The translations under genes and the position numbers were made by a program. The notes beneath the pieces were generated by a model. The model was not told the origin of the DNA. It searched no databases and was given only the letters and a program-made list of their open reading frames with translations. This document shows, in pieces, positions 48,816 to 62,480 of a DNA stretch of 64,000 nt. Position 1 is the stretch's first letter. Each line of letters opens with the position of its first letter. The stretch is from Squalus acanthias (Eukaryota). The stretch covers positions 124,126,001-124,190,000 of the forward strand of contig CM059432.1 in the NCBI GenBank assembly GCA_030390025.1. The letters run 5' to 3'.

Positions 48816-50291
48816 ATGGGAATGATTTATACTCTCTCACCCTGGTCCTCAGAATCGGAAGATGATCATCCGCAGCAGCAGCAGAACCAGGAACACCAGC
48901 AGCACCAACAACAAGAGCATCAACCTTCTCCTCAACCACCTGAAGCTGCACAGGGCAGAGGCCTTCAGCGCAGGGCTGTACCGCACCGCAGGAGATATCC
49001 CCAACACAGGGTTTACAGGCAGAGGATGAGCTTCCTCAACATGACTGAGCAGCAGTGCCAAAGGAGGCTGAGACTTTCGTGACAGGTTGTCGCAGACATT
49101 TGCACAATGCTCGACCAAGACCTGCAGCCCAGAGGAGCAGGTGGGCACGCCTTATCAGTGGCTGTCAAAGTCACCACCGCACTCAACTTCTTTGTGTCAG
49201 GCTCCTTCCAGGGATTAGCAGCAGACATTAGCGGCATCTCCCAGTCGGCCGCCCACAGATGCATCTCGCAGGTCACCGATGCCCTCTTTGACAATTACAT
49301 CCACTTTTCCACTGATGAAGCCAGTGTTACCGAGTGGGTGCACGGCTTTGTCAATCTGGCTGGCTTCCCACAGGTGTAGGGCGTCATCGACTGCACACAT
49401 GTGGCCATCAGGGCACCCCATCAGAACTCAGCGGCATTTGTCAACCGCAAGGCCTTCCACTCCCTTAACGTGCAGCTGGTGTGTAACCATAGGAAGAGCA
49501 TCATGCATGTGTGCGCCAAGTTCCCTGGCAGCTGCCATGACTCTTACATCCTGCGCCAGTCCACCATCCCTCAGCTCTTCGCACCGCCAAACGAACTTTC
49601 CAGCTGGCTCCTTGGAGACAAGGGCTGTCCCCTGAAGACGTGGCTGCTGACACCATTGAGGATGCCACCAAACAAGTCAGAGGAGCGTTACAATCAAAGC
49701 CACATTTCCACCAGAGGTCTCATAGAGCAAACAATAGGGTTGCTCAAAATGCGCTTCAGATGCCTGGACAGATCTGCTGGAGCCGTTCAGTACGCAACAG
49801 CCAGGGTCTCGAGAATCGTTGTTGTCTGCTGCACCCTGCACAATATCGCATAATAAGAACATAAGACGTAGGAGCAGGAGTAGGTCATTTGGCCCCTCGA
49901 GCCTGCTCCGTCATTCAATAAGATCATGGCTGATCTGATCTTGGCCTCACCTCCACTTCCCTGCTCGCTCTCCATAACCCTTGCCTCCCTTACCATTCAA
50001 AAATCTGTCTATCTCCACCTTAAATATATTCAATGACCCAGCCTCCACAGCTCTCTGGGGAAGAGAATTCCAAAGATTCATGACCCTCTGAGGCTGCAGC
50101 GATGATTAGCGTTGCATGAGGAAGAAGGCCCAGAGCGCACAGCCTCTTCAGAGGAGGAGGAGGAGGATGAGCAGAATGAGGTTCAGCAAGAGGAAGACCT
50201 GGAGGAGGCGGCTGACCCAGTGCGACCAGGAGGCGAGCACATTGCTGCCCGTGATGCCAGGGATGGCCTAATCAATGCCAGATTCACGTAA
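48816..50291 (+). pseudogene. Harbinger DDE transposase D
   Basis: Close paralog of C; GVIDCTH, FPGSCHD, LLGDKG, LIEQT; stops at 49080 and 49377; CR1 insertion at 49851. Confidence 0.92.
49851..50092 (-). mobile_element. CR1 3' end inserted in transposase D
   Basis: taagaacataaga...ggagcaggagtaggtcatt tail; the transposase resumes at ctgcagcga. Confidence 0.9.
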
Positions 50292-50576
50292 CATTATGCA
50301 GCACAGACATGTGGCTGCCACATGGAATGAAGGTTGGCATGACCACACTGCAACACCATAGAGCATCTCTACAATGGACTGTTCAATCCTTGCACTGTCA
50401 GCACCATTGCTGGATAATAAAGGTGCCCTTACCCTTGTCTGTGCCACCTCAATTTGTTACCACACATATGGCAACAATATCAATCATTCACAAAACATTA
50501 CTTTATTACAACAAAATTAAAGAACAGAAACTTAACATTCATTTATAGCAAATCACCCAAGTGACTACCCTTGTGA

Positions 50577-52450
50577 CTATTTCTGTGGGAGCTTTCTTTA
50601 ACGCGTGCATCTATGTGGTGCTACCCCTCTGCCTTCACCAGATGTAGAGGCAGCCTACTCAGTTCCCTGCTGCGCCTGCTTAGATGTCTTTGGTGGCCGT
50701 CCTCTGGGTCGTGGAACCTTTGAGGGCCCCGCCAAAGTCGGCTCCTCCTGCCGCTGTGCAGGGGCAGACTCAGCCATCACTGTTCGGGGAGGCATCTGGG
50801 GCTCTGACCGAGGGGTTGGCAAGGGGGGTGGGGGGGAAGTTTGAGCACTTGGAGAGAAGCCCCCACTTCCATGTCCCCTCCCACCATCATCCCTCTCATG
50901 GGCCACCTGCACTTCTCTACTAGCAAGTAGCTGGAAAGCACCTTGCTGCACATCAGTGGGGCCATGAGGACCCATGTCTGTGCTGACATTCCTCATAACA
51001 AGGACGTCCATGAATCTCTGGTTTCTCTCCTCAATAGATGCCCATCTATCCTCCATAGATGACCATCTATTTAGTAGTGTTACCATGTTCTCCTGAGTCT
51101 GGCGAATTATGTCCTCCATGGAGGTTGCCATCCTTTCCATGGCAGAACCTACATTTGCCAATGCGTGCACCACGGCATTGCTCATGTTTGACATGGACTC
51201 CTCTATTCTCTGCACACTCACAGATGCCATGGTTGCAAACCCTGTCAGAGCCTCCTGCACTTGTTCCTGAAGCTGCAGGATCGCCCTCTTCCTGGATGGC
51301 CCCCGAGGCTGGGAGTGTCCTGCGGCCTCCAGCGAGGAGTCTCCACTGCTGTCCCTGTCTCCACCATCTGATCTTGCTCACTTGTGACTTGTGATACACC
51401 AGGTGACAACACTACTTTATCTCGCATAGGACCCACCGAGGTGCACTCACTTCTGCTGACGCTGCTCCCTCAGAGGCTGGAGCATGCTCTGAGGAGTCCT
51501 CCTGCTCTTCTTCCTGGACATGGGAGGGGGGGGGGGCTCTTGATGGTCCTGTGGGAGAGTAAAGACATGAGTTAGACATGTGATATGTAGATTGCAGACA
51601 CATCCCATTATGCACATGATGAGCATTCAATTTCTATTGACATCAGATCCCAATTGAGTCACTCATGAATGCAAAATAAGATGTCTGGAAAATAATTCTG
51701 TCACCAGGTTGTTCTAATGAGCCCCTCTCTCCATCACCCACTTCAGGCTGGTCAACTACTCCTGCGATGTCCAGAACTGCCTCCTCAGCGCTGGTGAGCT
51801 TAGCCAGCGATGGTGCTCCTTCTCCTGTTCTCCCCCTCTCCCTCTTATTGTGGGCTCTCCTTTCCTGCAATGAGCAAAAGATGTGCAGTTTTAGTGAGAG
51901 TGATGGAATGAGTATAAAGAATGGATAGCATAGATGTTCAGAGGGAGACTATGATGGAGTGGGGTGCCAATACCAAGTTGCCTCCTTTTGAGTTGTTAGT
52001 TGTTGTCATTGCATAATGTTGAGGGTGAGTGTGAGTCGTGCATAGTAAGATGGGGATGTGATTCTGTAGATAGGGAGACAGGGATGGGTGATGGTGCAAG
52101 GGATATTGGGGTGAGTTAGGATGTGCAGGAGTAGGGATGGCAATGCAGAGTGATGGGGATGTGATGACAGGCACAGCAGAATGAAGGTAAGTTTGCTTTT
52201 ATACTCACTTTTCCTGAATGCAGGAGATCATTGAACCTCTTCCTACACTGGACCCAGGTGCGAGCAACAACAGACCTTGCATTCACCTCCTCAGCTATTT
52301 GCAGCCAGGCTGCCTTTGTCTGGTGAGGAGGTCTCCTCCTTCCATCACCAGGGAATACAACCTCCCCCTGCGTCCTCTTACTCCCTCCACAAGTACATGG
52401 AGGGAGTCATCTTTGAAGCGTGGCACAGCCCTCTGTCTCTCTGCAGTCAT
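50577..52450 (-). pseudogene. Harbinger Myb/SANT-like gene D (exons 52450-52209, 51864-51705, 51548-50577)
   Basis: Same splice sites and 160-nt exon 2 as C and E; exon 3 ORF 50655..51260; frameshifts. Confidence 0.88.
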
Positions 52451-53699
52451 TTTGCTATCAAGCAGCACTCAGGAGGATGGAAGCAGAAGTGAGAGCAAAT
52501 GTGGACATGGCCCCCTTAAATACACCGGCAACAAACGCGTCATCGGAGGAGCTCAACAGACCCGCACCTAGTGATTGGGCCGGGTAACGCACACGGCGGG
52601 CTTAACAAGCTCAATCAACAGTAAATTGTTTGCACAGAGCGGCTGCAGCCGGGAGCAGGACCGGAACCCGCCAACTACCTCTCCCGCTGCGAACCCGCCT
52701 CCGCTGGCGAAATCCAGCTCAATGTCCCTGGGAAAATGAGGAGGAAAATATAAAATCTGCCAGAGCTCCAGATTGTTATGCAGCAGCCCCTCCTGGAAGT
52801 GCCTGTGTGGGGGTGTCGATTAAGGATAGGACAGGGCTTCTCTGTGCAGTTGAAAAGCCTGCTGCAACTTGCTGTCCTGGCTGAGCTAGGAAAAAAAAAC
52901 CCACGTGCAACGTATCAGAAGGCTGCTAACCCAACTAGAGTCATTGCCTTCAGGAAAAGAGAATTTAGGAGAGCAAAAGTGAATTGAAAACTTAAAAGGG
53001 GGAAACTGTGCCACAATTACATCCTGCCATTAATCATGTTGTATGACTGTCAATGTGCATTAACTTGGAGTATAATGTCTATTAGCATTCACACTGACAG
53101 CTGCTTCAAACCCCAAATCTAAAGAAAACTATCTAAAATGTTAAATATTATATAAAAATACCCCTCAGCAATCGGATCCTGGGATTTCTATAACACACTG
53201 CTTAAAATTCACCTTCACTGTTTACAATGTCATCTGAACCCCTCAATTAGACTAATGCCTTGTGCCCACTCTCAAGAATCCTTCCTTCTCTGTATAACAA
53301 TCATGTGTAATAATAACACACTCAGAATAGCCAATAGATCAAGTCATTAAAATCATATTGTAAAACAGAACCATTTTAAGAGTTTCTTTTAAGGATTACA
53401 CGAGTGTAATCAAACCACATTAATATAAAGTGAAACGGTAAAAGGCTTTGGGTGCACTCGTGAAATTGCGCCCAAAATGCGCTCGAAATTGCACTGGTTA
53501 GGTTACAGTTCAAGTTTCCGCTAAAATTAATTTGTATTTAAGAGTGGTTACCTGGTGTAGTTTTATGAATACAACTGAAAATGGGTTTATCACTGAAAAC
53601 AAGCATTTCTAATAAAAGTGCCCAGTCCTCCACCTGTGAGTGACCTGATTTAAGATCACGGAAAATGACTTGGGAAAAAAAACTACACTGAACCATTTA

Positions 53700-54165
53700 A
53701 CAACAACAACTACTTGTATTTATTTAGCGCCTTTAACGTAGTACAACGTCCCAAGGCGCTTCACAGGAGCGATTATCAAACAAACTTTGACACCGAGCCA
53801 GATAAGGAGATATTAGGGTAGGTGACCAAAAGCTTGGTCAAAGAGTTAGTTTTAAGGAGCCTCTTAAAGGAGGAGAGAGAGGTAGAGAGGCGGAGAGGTT
53901 TAGGCAGAGAATTCCAGAGCTTGGAGCCCAGGCAGCTGAAAGCACAACCGCCAATGGTGGAGCGATTATAATCAGGGATGCGCAAGAGGCCAGAATTAGA
54001 GGAGCGCAGAGATCTCGGAGGGTTGTGGGGCTGGAGGAGATTACAGAGATAGGAAGGGGCGAGGCCATGGAGGGATTTGAAAACAGGGGTGAGAATTTTA
54101 AAATCAAGGCGTTGCTCAACTGGGAGCCAATATAGGTCAGCGAGCACAGGGGCGATGGGTGAATG
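53700..54165 (-). mobile_element. L2 LINE 3' fragment
   Basis: ORF 53776..54195 (PVLADLYWLPVEQRLDFKIL...LWNSLP); (caa)n tail at 53700. Confidence 0.92.
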
Positions 54166-54169
54166 GCAA

Positions 54170-54573
54170 TGTTCCCTGTAATATTTTGGGGCCATGTGGC
54201 CCCTTTAACGGGCTGCGCGGCGCATTCAAAATAGCGCGCATGCGCGGTTTTTCTATTTAAAAGCCGGCAAGCCGGCTGCGCGGGACCCCTGGAATGCTGC
54301 ATGGCCACGCAGCTTAAAGGGAACACTGGTGACTGTGCACCTAAGAAAATGAGCGCAATTTGAAGAGCCTTCGCGAAGCAGCACAATCGGGGGGAATCTC
54401 GCAATTTTGACCTGGGGGGCGTGGCTTGTTTTATGGGCGGGGCTTGATCTGGGCAGATTGAACCATGAACCAGAGTAAAGATGGCGGAAAACACGAGCGT
54501 AAGCGGTTTTGGGCGTAACTCACTTGCGTTTAAAACTCCCCGATCTTTTGCGCTGGTTCAGTCGATTCCGCCC
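54170..54573. mobile_element. One end of a Harbinger-type element
   Basis: CpG-rich segment ending in TIR-like gattccgccc; the other end is not found. Confidence 0.5.
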
Positions 54574-55684
54574 GCATTATACTGATATTACTAACGGAAG
54601 CTTGACCCCAACCTTCCTGAATTGTTTATTGTTTATGTGCTGATGATGTTGAAAACCAAACGGCCCTACAGTACCAGACTTCACTTTGTTTTAGGGATAG
54701 TCCGAATTGCAATGCAAGTTAATAAGGTCTCTGTGGAACTGGATATCTTTTTTCCATCATTTTGGAAGGAAGCAGTATAATTCATTGTGACCGACACCAG
54801 TTATTTCGCTGAAAGTAGGTCAGCAGGCAAAAATATTGCTTCGTTGTATCATCCTTTGCTGCAGCCTCTGGAACACGCAATGCTAATCAAAGGGCTTGCG
54901 GAGAACGGTTCCTACAAAAAGTCTGCAATTAACAAGATGGACCCACTCTCCATGCACCCCTCCAAGAATTATTATTTGACAGCTACATTAGTACATATAA
55001 CTCATAATTATGATAAATAGACATCTTTAAATAACTGTAAATAAATGTTACGCATCAGCTGTGCTTTAATAAAATCATCTCATTAGATCAATGAGCTTGA
55101 ATTAACTTTTGGCAATGTAAGCATTTTTATAAACTGCGTGCTGCGTTGTAATTGGCAGCTTGTGACATTGATAGAATCAAACCAAGTTATAACTAACTGA
55201 ATGATAAATCAGCCATCAGTTCATTAACCATCTTGGTGCTGAAATAAATTAACTACAGATTTTTTTTTAAAGTTGTTAAGCAGACAATATGGTGTTTCAA
55301 ATGGAAAAAAACGCAATAGCTGCCCTACTAATCTGAAGAGCTTTGTTCAAATACAGCCCCGGAATCCCCTTTGCTGGGAAAAGCCATTTATGCCATTTCT
55401 TCAGAGTTTCCACAGATCTTCTGCCAAAATTATGGTGGGAGATGGGAGAATCCACAGGGAAATTCTACCCTATTTTGTGTCGTGAATGCACAATATTTAC
55501 ATACAGTGAAGATGCATGGACATTTATATGGACATAACGTGATAAACAAATATATTTCTATCTATTGCAAATGTCACTCCATTATTTAAGAAGGGAGGGA
55601 GGGAGAAGTCAGGTAACGACTGACCTGTCAGTTTTAACATCAGTTGTGGGGAAGTTAATGGAATTCATCATCCAAGAGAGCAGC

Positions 55685-55931
55685 GGGTACCCCGTGGGGG
55701 AGCACATAAAATTAGAAGGTAGGCTCAAAATAGCATTAAATTGGCTGTTAACAAGCCATTGAATGAGTTCAATTGTTTCCCCCGCCACTTGGTGTCGGGT
55801 CAGTTCTGCGCAGACAGACCCGACACCTGGGAGACTCGCGTGGAGGCGGGTTCTACCCGCTGTCAGTCTTTGCTATTTTGACAGCTGACCTGCCTCCGAT
55901 CCCGCACTCTGACCGCCGGCAAAATCAAGCC
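55685..55931 (-). mobile_element. Solo terminal fragment of the Harbinger C/D family
   Basis: Reverse complement aligns with 48276-48520, including the TIR ggcaaaatcaagcc and the gtgtcgggtc...gacccgacac hairpin. Confidence 0.85.
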
Positions 55932-56156
55932 TTTGGTTTTCTGGCTTTCTATTAACAGAAGGGGTTGAAATAATACTGTGCACTATTTTTAGTACAGATT
56001 AACCACATTCATGTTCAGTGCCTATATGCACTATTTTAACAAAGCCATTAGTCCATTTACTTTAAAATAAAAGGTATGACTGGAATTTGACGCAAACGAG
56101 CCAAGAATTTCCCCCAGATGTCAGAAAATTCTAGAATCAGTCATTAGAAGCCCACT

Positions 56157-56212
56157 GAAGGGCAACTAGGGATGGGCAATAAATGGGACCTTGCCAGCAT
56201 TGCCCACATAAC
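56157..56212 (+). mobile_element. 3' tail fragment of the 6634 LINE family (or its SINE)
   Basis: gggcaactagggatgggcaataaatgggaccttgccagcattgcccacat matches 9581-9630. Confidence 0.75.
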
Positions 56213-56636
56213 AGAAAACAAATATAAAATGACATTATTTTGAGGCATACCAAGACGACCATCCACTCGAAACTAGTCACCAAGACATTAGCTGCATGTA
56301 CACCCTCTGAAACAATGGGGTCAATTGTCTGATTCCGGGCTGGAAAGCAGGTACCTCACCTGCCATCATAGACTCAGAAGATTTAGGCTAGTGATTCATT
56401 ATAATATTTTGTCACATTGAATAAAAATTAAAATCTTATAAATAGGGCCACTGTGTCAAATAAGTCTTATAATTGTTATCTGATGATAGATTTGAAACCA
56501 TTCGCTTACCTCTTTTTTAAATGTACTATCTACACTATGGAGACAATGATATTTCAGTTTTGCTCCATTTGCATTGTCAATGGATATCACAGCAGATCTC
56601 AACAGTTTTGAGATTCTATACAGTTGGTGAGTGACG

Positions 56637-57934
56637 GGCCTAGAAATCCGATGGCGTTTTTGAGGCAAAAAACGGGCACAGAAGCTTCCAATGTGATGGG
56701 CAGGAAGTGTGCACTCATTACGAGCAGGAAGTGAGCCACCTGCCATATTGGTATAGGCAAAAGAATAGAGGTCCAGGGCCCGTGGCTGAAACAGATGTTA
56801 GACCCTTTGCATATGCAAATACATGGCCTGTTTCAAACCCCCTGTGCAAAGTTGAGTAGCCCTGAACTAAGCCGGCGCCAGCGTTCAGGAAAACAAGGTC
56901 TACGGGCAGCCTAACCAGTGGTCCTTAAAGGGACCGCTGCAAGCCGCCACCAAAATCGAACCTTGGGTAAACCACACTTGGAGTACCCGGCATAGTTCTG
57001 GTCTCCATGTTATAAATAAAGGATATAGAGGCACTGGAGAAGGTGCAAAATAGATTTACAAGACTAATACCCGAGCTGAGAGGTTATACCCATCAGGAAA
57101 GGCTGAACCGGCTGGGGGTCTTTTCTCTCGACAGGAGAAGGCTGTGTGGTTACCTAATAGAGGTCTTTAAAATTATGAAGAGGTTTGATCGGGTAGAGGT
57201 AGAGAAGATTTTTCCACTTGTGGGGGAAACCAAAACTAGGGGCCATAAATATAAGATAGTTACCCAATAAATCCAATAGGGAATTCAGGAGAAACTTCAT
57301 TACCCAAAGAGTGTTAAGGAGCGCTCACAAGGAGTAGTTGAAGTGACTAGTATAGATGCATTTAAGGGAGAGCTGGATAAGCAAATGAGGGAGAACGGAA
57401 TAGAAGGATATGTTGATAGGGTTAGATGAAGATGGGTGGGAGGAGGCTCGTGTGGAGCATAAACACCAGCATAGACCAGTTGGGCCGAATGGCCTGTTTC
57501 TGTGCTGTAAATTCTATGTAATTCTATGTAAAAAAGACAAATTTGTTAAAAAATACTTACCTGAATATTAAAACCACGGGCTACTGCCGGCCACCGCTCA
57601 CCACCACCGCCCCCCCCCCGCCCCCCCCCCTACCCCCCCATATTAACCCGATGTCCGGATCCCCCCGTCCCGATGTCCGGATCCCACCTTTCCGATCGTC
57701 CTCCATCCCCATGTCCCAATCGAGCCCCCCCTCCCAGTCACCCAATCAAACCCCCTCCTGGTTCGCCCCCTCCCTCCTGAGCTCCCACCCCCTTTAAGAC
57801 TGCTGCCACGGCCAAAACTCCAGAGGTCTTCACCGGCGGCAGCGAGTTGCCTGGGGAGGCTCAGCAAAGTGTCTGCAGCTTGCCACTTTGATGCTAATGA
57901 AGTCCGTTCTAAGCTCGGTTTCAAATTTCTAGGC
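56637..57934 (+). mobile_element. Non-autonomous Harbinger-type element containing a CR1 fragment
   Basis: TIRs ggcctagaaat / atttctaggct; homologous to 10760-11438. Confidence 0.7.
56965..57529 (+). mobile_element. CR1 3' fragment
   Basis: ORF 57043..57270; (aattctatgt)n tail. Confidence 0.9.
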
Positions 57935-58723
57935 TGTGATGTCCTCATAAAGAATGAATGACTGTAATAATCAGTGCAAGATTATTGAGCAATAACCGAC
58001 AGTTCATATGCAGGAATCACAATAGGTGCATATTAGCTCACATTAGAAAGCAGAATGATAAGAGAATTAAAAGCCTAACTTACATTACGTGCCTGTAATT
58101 TTAGTTTTTCGTACAATTTCAAGACACCTAATAGCGCTGAAATGGGTGTGGAGTCGAACAATGCACTTACGTGGCTTTTGTCAAAGCAACAATTAATAAT
58201 TTCTTGCCTGCGTTCTCTGAATCTAGAAGTGCTTCTTTGGTAAGTGAACAAATTAAATCTTCTTGGTATTTTGAATGTTTAGAAATAGCAACAATAGCGG
58301 TGCTGCTCCATGAGTCAATTTCAAGCCCTCATTTCCAGATTTATCTGAATGACGTTTCTAAGTGAAAAGGTGGTCAGCATGTTCACCATGAAACATTTCA
58401 ACCTTTAGTTACACAAGAACTGAGCTGTGATGAACAATGTCAGATGTTTAACCCGCCTCCAATGGCACAAGGTTGTTCTTATCTTTTATTTTGCAGCTTG
58501 AAAGCTTTACTTTTTCCATCTTCAAACAATGCAGATTCTACTTCCACTTCTTGCCACCCACTTTGATTTAATACTTGTTGACAGACAGAAAATTCCAAGA
58601 AAGTAGAACTTCAATGCTGGTTTACACAATTAGTCACACGGGTGGAAAACAAAGTAAAAAGAAAGCTTCGACTTTGCTAGCTAACTAAATAGGTGCTGAT
58701 AACCTAACTGGAGTCTGACATGT

Positions 58724-59401
58724 GGGCGCGAAATTCGGTTACGCCCCCATTTTGGGGGCGGTAACCAGATTAAGGCCGGACATTTAGCGCCCGGCCCAGA
58801 AGTCCCGCCCTGGCCGCTAAATTCGGCTTACCACCCCGCCCAGAAAGTGGAGCGCAATGTCGGGTGGTAACCGAGGCGATGTCGGGGCGCGATCGGCAGT
58901 GGAGGTTCCGCATTGCAATGCCCCGCCCCTTCAGTTAAAGGGGAGGGCCGCTGCGCACTCTGCAGGGCCTCCGATGGCTATCAGAGCAGTGTGGTGCCGC
59001 GGCCAAGCAGGGCTGCGCGATGGTGGTCAGGACCACGCCACGGTCCATCTCGGAGGGCCGACCTGGAGGTCGGCCAAAAAAAAATTAAATGGCGGCGTGG
59101 ATCGCAACTGCACCTCCCCTTTAAATACCGCCCCACGAGCGTATGTGGGCATGGTTCGCAACCCTCGAGACTGGTGCTGACATCACCCGCGGCAACCTCA
59201 CAGGGCACAGGGCACAGGCGAATTTCTGCCACGGGGCGGTAAGGGGACACGGCACTACCAGGTAGCACCTCAGCAACGCCCTGTCAAATTTCTCGGGAGG
59301 CGCTTTTTTCGCCCCCCCACCCAGGTGATAAGCCCTTTGCTCCTTGTTAGCGCCCCCCAGAGGCGCTAACGGCAGGTGCAAAGGAGCCAAATTTCTTGCC
59401 C
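58724..59401. mobile_element. Non-autonomous Harbinger-type element
   Basis: TIRs gggcgcgaaattcgg / ccaaatttcttgccc; subterminal ttagcgcc...ggcgctaa palindromes as in 38215 and 63225. Confidence 0.75.
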
Positions 59402-59566
59402 GGCCTTTATTGATATATAGACTAAAGGATACAAATATCACAATGATTCCAAAGCTATAGTCACTTTTTTATGCCCAAAGTGATGGATGTCACTGCTGGA
59501 GAGTGGAACATGTTTCTGTTCATGGTACCCAGTGTAAGCATCAAACATTCCCAGGACGAACACAGC

Positions 59567-60123
59567 AGGGGTCATTTTGACTTTGTGCGATTGTGTAAAA
59601 CGGGTGATAGTGAATCGGCAGCCCATATTACATCTCTCTCAATGTAGATTTTGACTTTGTGAAGTCAATGGAAATAAAAATTGAGTAGATTTGGCCTATA
59701 CTCTCTGGAGTTTAGAAGAATGAGAGGTGATCTCATTGAAACATATAAGATTCTGAGGGGGATTGACAGGGTAGATGCTGAGAGTTTGTTTCCCCTGGCT
59801 GGAGTGTCTGAATTAGGGGGCTGAGTCTCAGGATAAGGGGTCGGCCATTTAAGACCGAGATGAGGAGGAATTTCTTCACTCAGAGGGTTGTGAATCTTTG
59901 TAATTCTCTATTAGAAAGGGCTGTGGATGCTGAATCGTTGGGTATATTCAAAGCTGAGATCGATAGATTTTTGGACTCTGGGGGAATCAAGGGATATGGG
60001 GATCGGGCGGGAAAGTGGTGTTGAGGTTGAAGATTGAATGACGGAACAGGCTCAAGGAGCCATATGGCCTACTCCTGCTCCTAATTCTTACGTTCTTATG
60101 TTCTTAAAGTCAAAATGACCCTC
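59567..60123. mobile_element. MITE containing a CR1 3' fragment (plus strand, ~59693-60106)
   Basis: TIRs gggtcattttgacttt / aaagtcaaaatgaccc; the internal CR1 matches 40550-40974. Confidence 0.8.
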
Positions 60124-61244
60124 AGCAGGCTGAGTAAAGCTGCTTGTCCTCTGCCCCAATAACATGCCTTAATCGCAACTTCAGCAGAGCACCCCTGCCC
60201 TAACAAGTTTAGTGCAAAATTTCCATAGCAGCCATCTTAAAGGTTGCTCTGAGTGAGACTATGAATTTAGTTCTAATTAGCATTAACCTTATGGAATGTT
60301 TGTGCTGTGAACTTGTACCCACTGGGAATTGGATTAAGGCTGTCCATATTCATTTCAGATCTTCTTCCTTCATTTTGAAGTTTACTTTCTCTCCTTTTCA
60401 AAAGGGCCTCCTCCCACACCATGCCCCATTCACTCATCACTGCCTCTCTGAAGTGTCACCAGGGGCTGTTCACGAGAAATGGAGTTCACTGTTTGTCCTA
60501 TAATATTCCCCTCCCTCAATGGCATGTACCCAGCAGCACTTCCTCAGACCGAGATCAGGAACTCATGGTGAAGGAAGATGGAGTGGCAGATCCACCACTG
60601 CATGGCACAGGATCTAATCACTTGTGTGTAAAATACATAAGGTCGGTCGGTCAGTAAGTATTTTCTGTCATTTAGGACATCTATATGGTCTATAGCACAA
60701 AGATTTGCCAATTTATTTTCATTTAAATTTTATAAAAACCCTAATACAAGCATAATCTTTCCGAACAAATGTTCATCTGCATCAGTGGTTAAGGGTTATT
60801 GTAATTCCAGCTCGCAGGCTTAGTCAGAACAGCAGTTGTTTCACGGTACGTTGCCTGCAGGTTTACCAGAATCTTCTGGTATGCAATATCCTCGCTTTCA
60901 TATACCCTTGTACATCTCACTGTCACCTTTTCCAAAAGCACATTGACAACTTTCACAACACATCCTTATTTCACCGGGGCAGTACTGGGTGGGGACGGGG
61001 TCACGCAATTATATCAGTATTGTACGCCCATGGTAATGTGTTCTGAAACGTTACATCATTACTTGAAACAGCATTGAAACTCTACATAGAAAAGTACATT
61101 AGTCAATGGCAGAATCCATTGCTGCTGTTTACGGTCTACTGATTGAAATGGATTAATTTCAAAGACTATTATAATACAGGGGTGGAGACAGGATCATAGT
61201 TAGAACAAAAACAGATGATATCATTTACAATGCCCAGAGCCTAT

Positions 61245-61540
61245 GGCCTAGAAATGCGTTTACGCTGTTCCCATTTTGCAGGCATTAATGAGGCGCATGA
61301 GGGTCCAATATGGAGGGCGGTGCACCGTACTGGATCGGGTGGCTCCTTAAGTGTCCATGGCGTGCATCGGAAGAATTTACAATCCCCATTATAATATTAA
61401 AATAAAGGTCCTACGCTTGTTGTAGGACCCTTTTGGAAAATTAGTCTACCTCAGCACCTGACTTGCCACGTGATAAACTGGCCCAGCACATTATGGCGCT
61501 AACAGTCAGCAAGGACCCTGCAGGAGCACTAATTGAAAAG
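61245..61540 (+). mobile_element. Partial Harbinger-type element (56637 family)
   Basis: Starts ggcctagaaat; degenerate similarity to 56637-56950. Confidence 0.5.
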
Positions 61541-62480
61541 CTCATCCACTCTATACAGATTAGTTGCTGGTTTGTTTTCTTCGGCTGCTAGTTAAATTCT
61601 GTGCCTATTTTTTGGCTATTTTCTCTGTTCCACTAGTGATTCTGACTTCTGGGAACTACTTTGTACTGGTGATATGCAAGTCTTCCAGATTTATGCCATG
61701 ATCGCTCTAATGCCATGAACACAATTGGATGCAATTCAAAATATCAGCCAGCAACACTTTATTTCTTTTGACGTTATCATTCTGCAACCTTTCAGCCAAA
61801 CACAAAGGGATCTGAGATCGCACAATTTGTGATGGGGAAACGCAGTATCGTCCTGGTGCAGGGAGTCGGAATTTGGGTCACCAGTCAGATACACCAGAGT
61901 TGCACCTATTCTAAAATACACACTAAATTCCAGTACACTGGGTGGCTGACAGAAGATGTGCCTGTCCCAAAGTGGTGCATGTGTGCGAATGGCCGGGTGA
62001 GGGCAAAAGCTGCTGTCTCATAGAAATGTCGCCATTTACTCCAGAATTCAGTTGAGTCTGAGTTAAGCTTGTGGAAGCGGGAGGGGTAGGTTACCTGTGT
62101 GACTTGGCAAAACATGAAGTGATTCAGTTCACTGGCTTTGATTGTGTACAATTTTTATCTGAAATAACAGCTTTGAGTGAAGCAATTAGAATTATATTTT
62201 CCCTAAACTGCGCTGTTAAGAAAGGATTCTGTAAGCTACCAGTATCAGATAGAGATATCTTTTACATCCCATTCTTTTGTCATGGAGTCCATACCATGGG
62301 GTTGACTATGGGCATTCCCATATAAGTCCTTATAATGCAGGCAGTCAGGAAGAGGGAATGATAGAGGCACGCTGGACAAGGCTATATCAAAGGAAAAGAT
62401 GATAATTTTGGAGGTACCCTTCCATCAGAGTTTATAGACCACACTGCTCCCTTAAGCATGTATCAGAAGAAATCTGCTTC

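Larger units (their letters stand above)
48276..52720 (+). mobile_element. Harbinger transposon D
   Basis: TIRs ggccgcgattttgcc / ggcgaaatccagctc; TSD AAT (48273-48275, 52721-52723); both genes present. Confidence 0.93.

Noticed and set aside
58724..59401. CpG-island promoter (also 16527-16770, 42100-42380, 54170-54573, 63225-63560)
   Set aside because: CpG-rich patches coincide with TIR-bounded Harbinger ends, not with a gene start.
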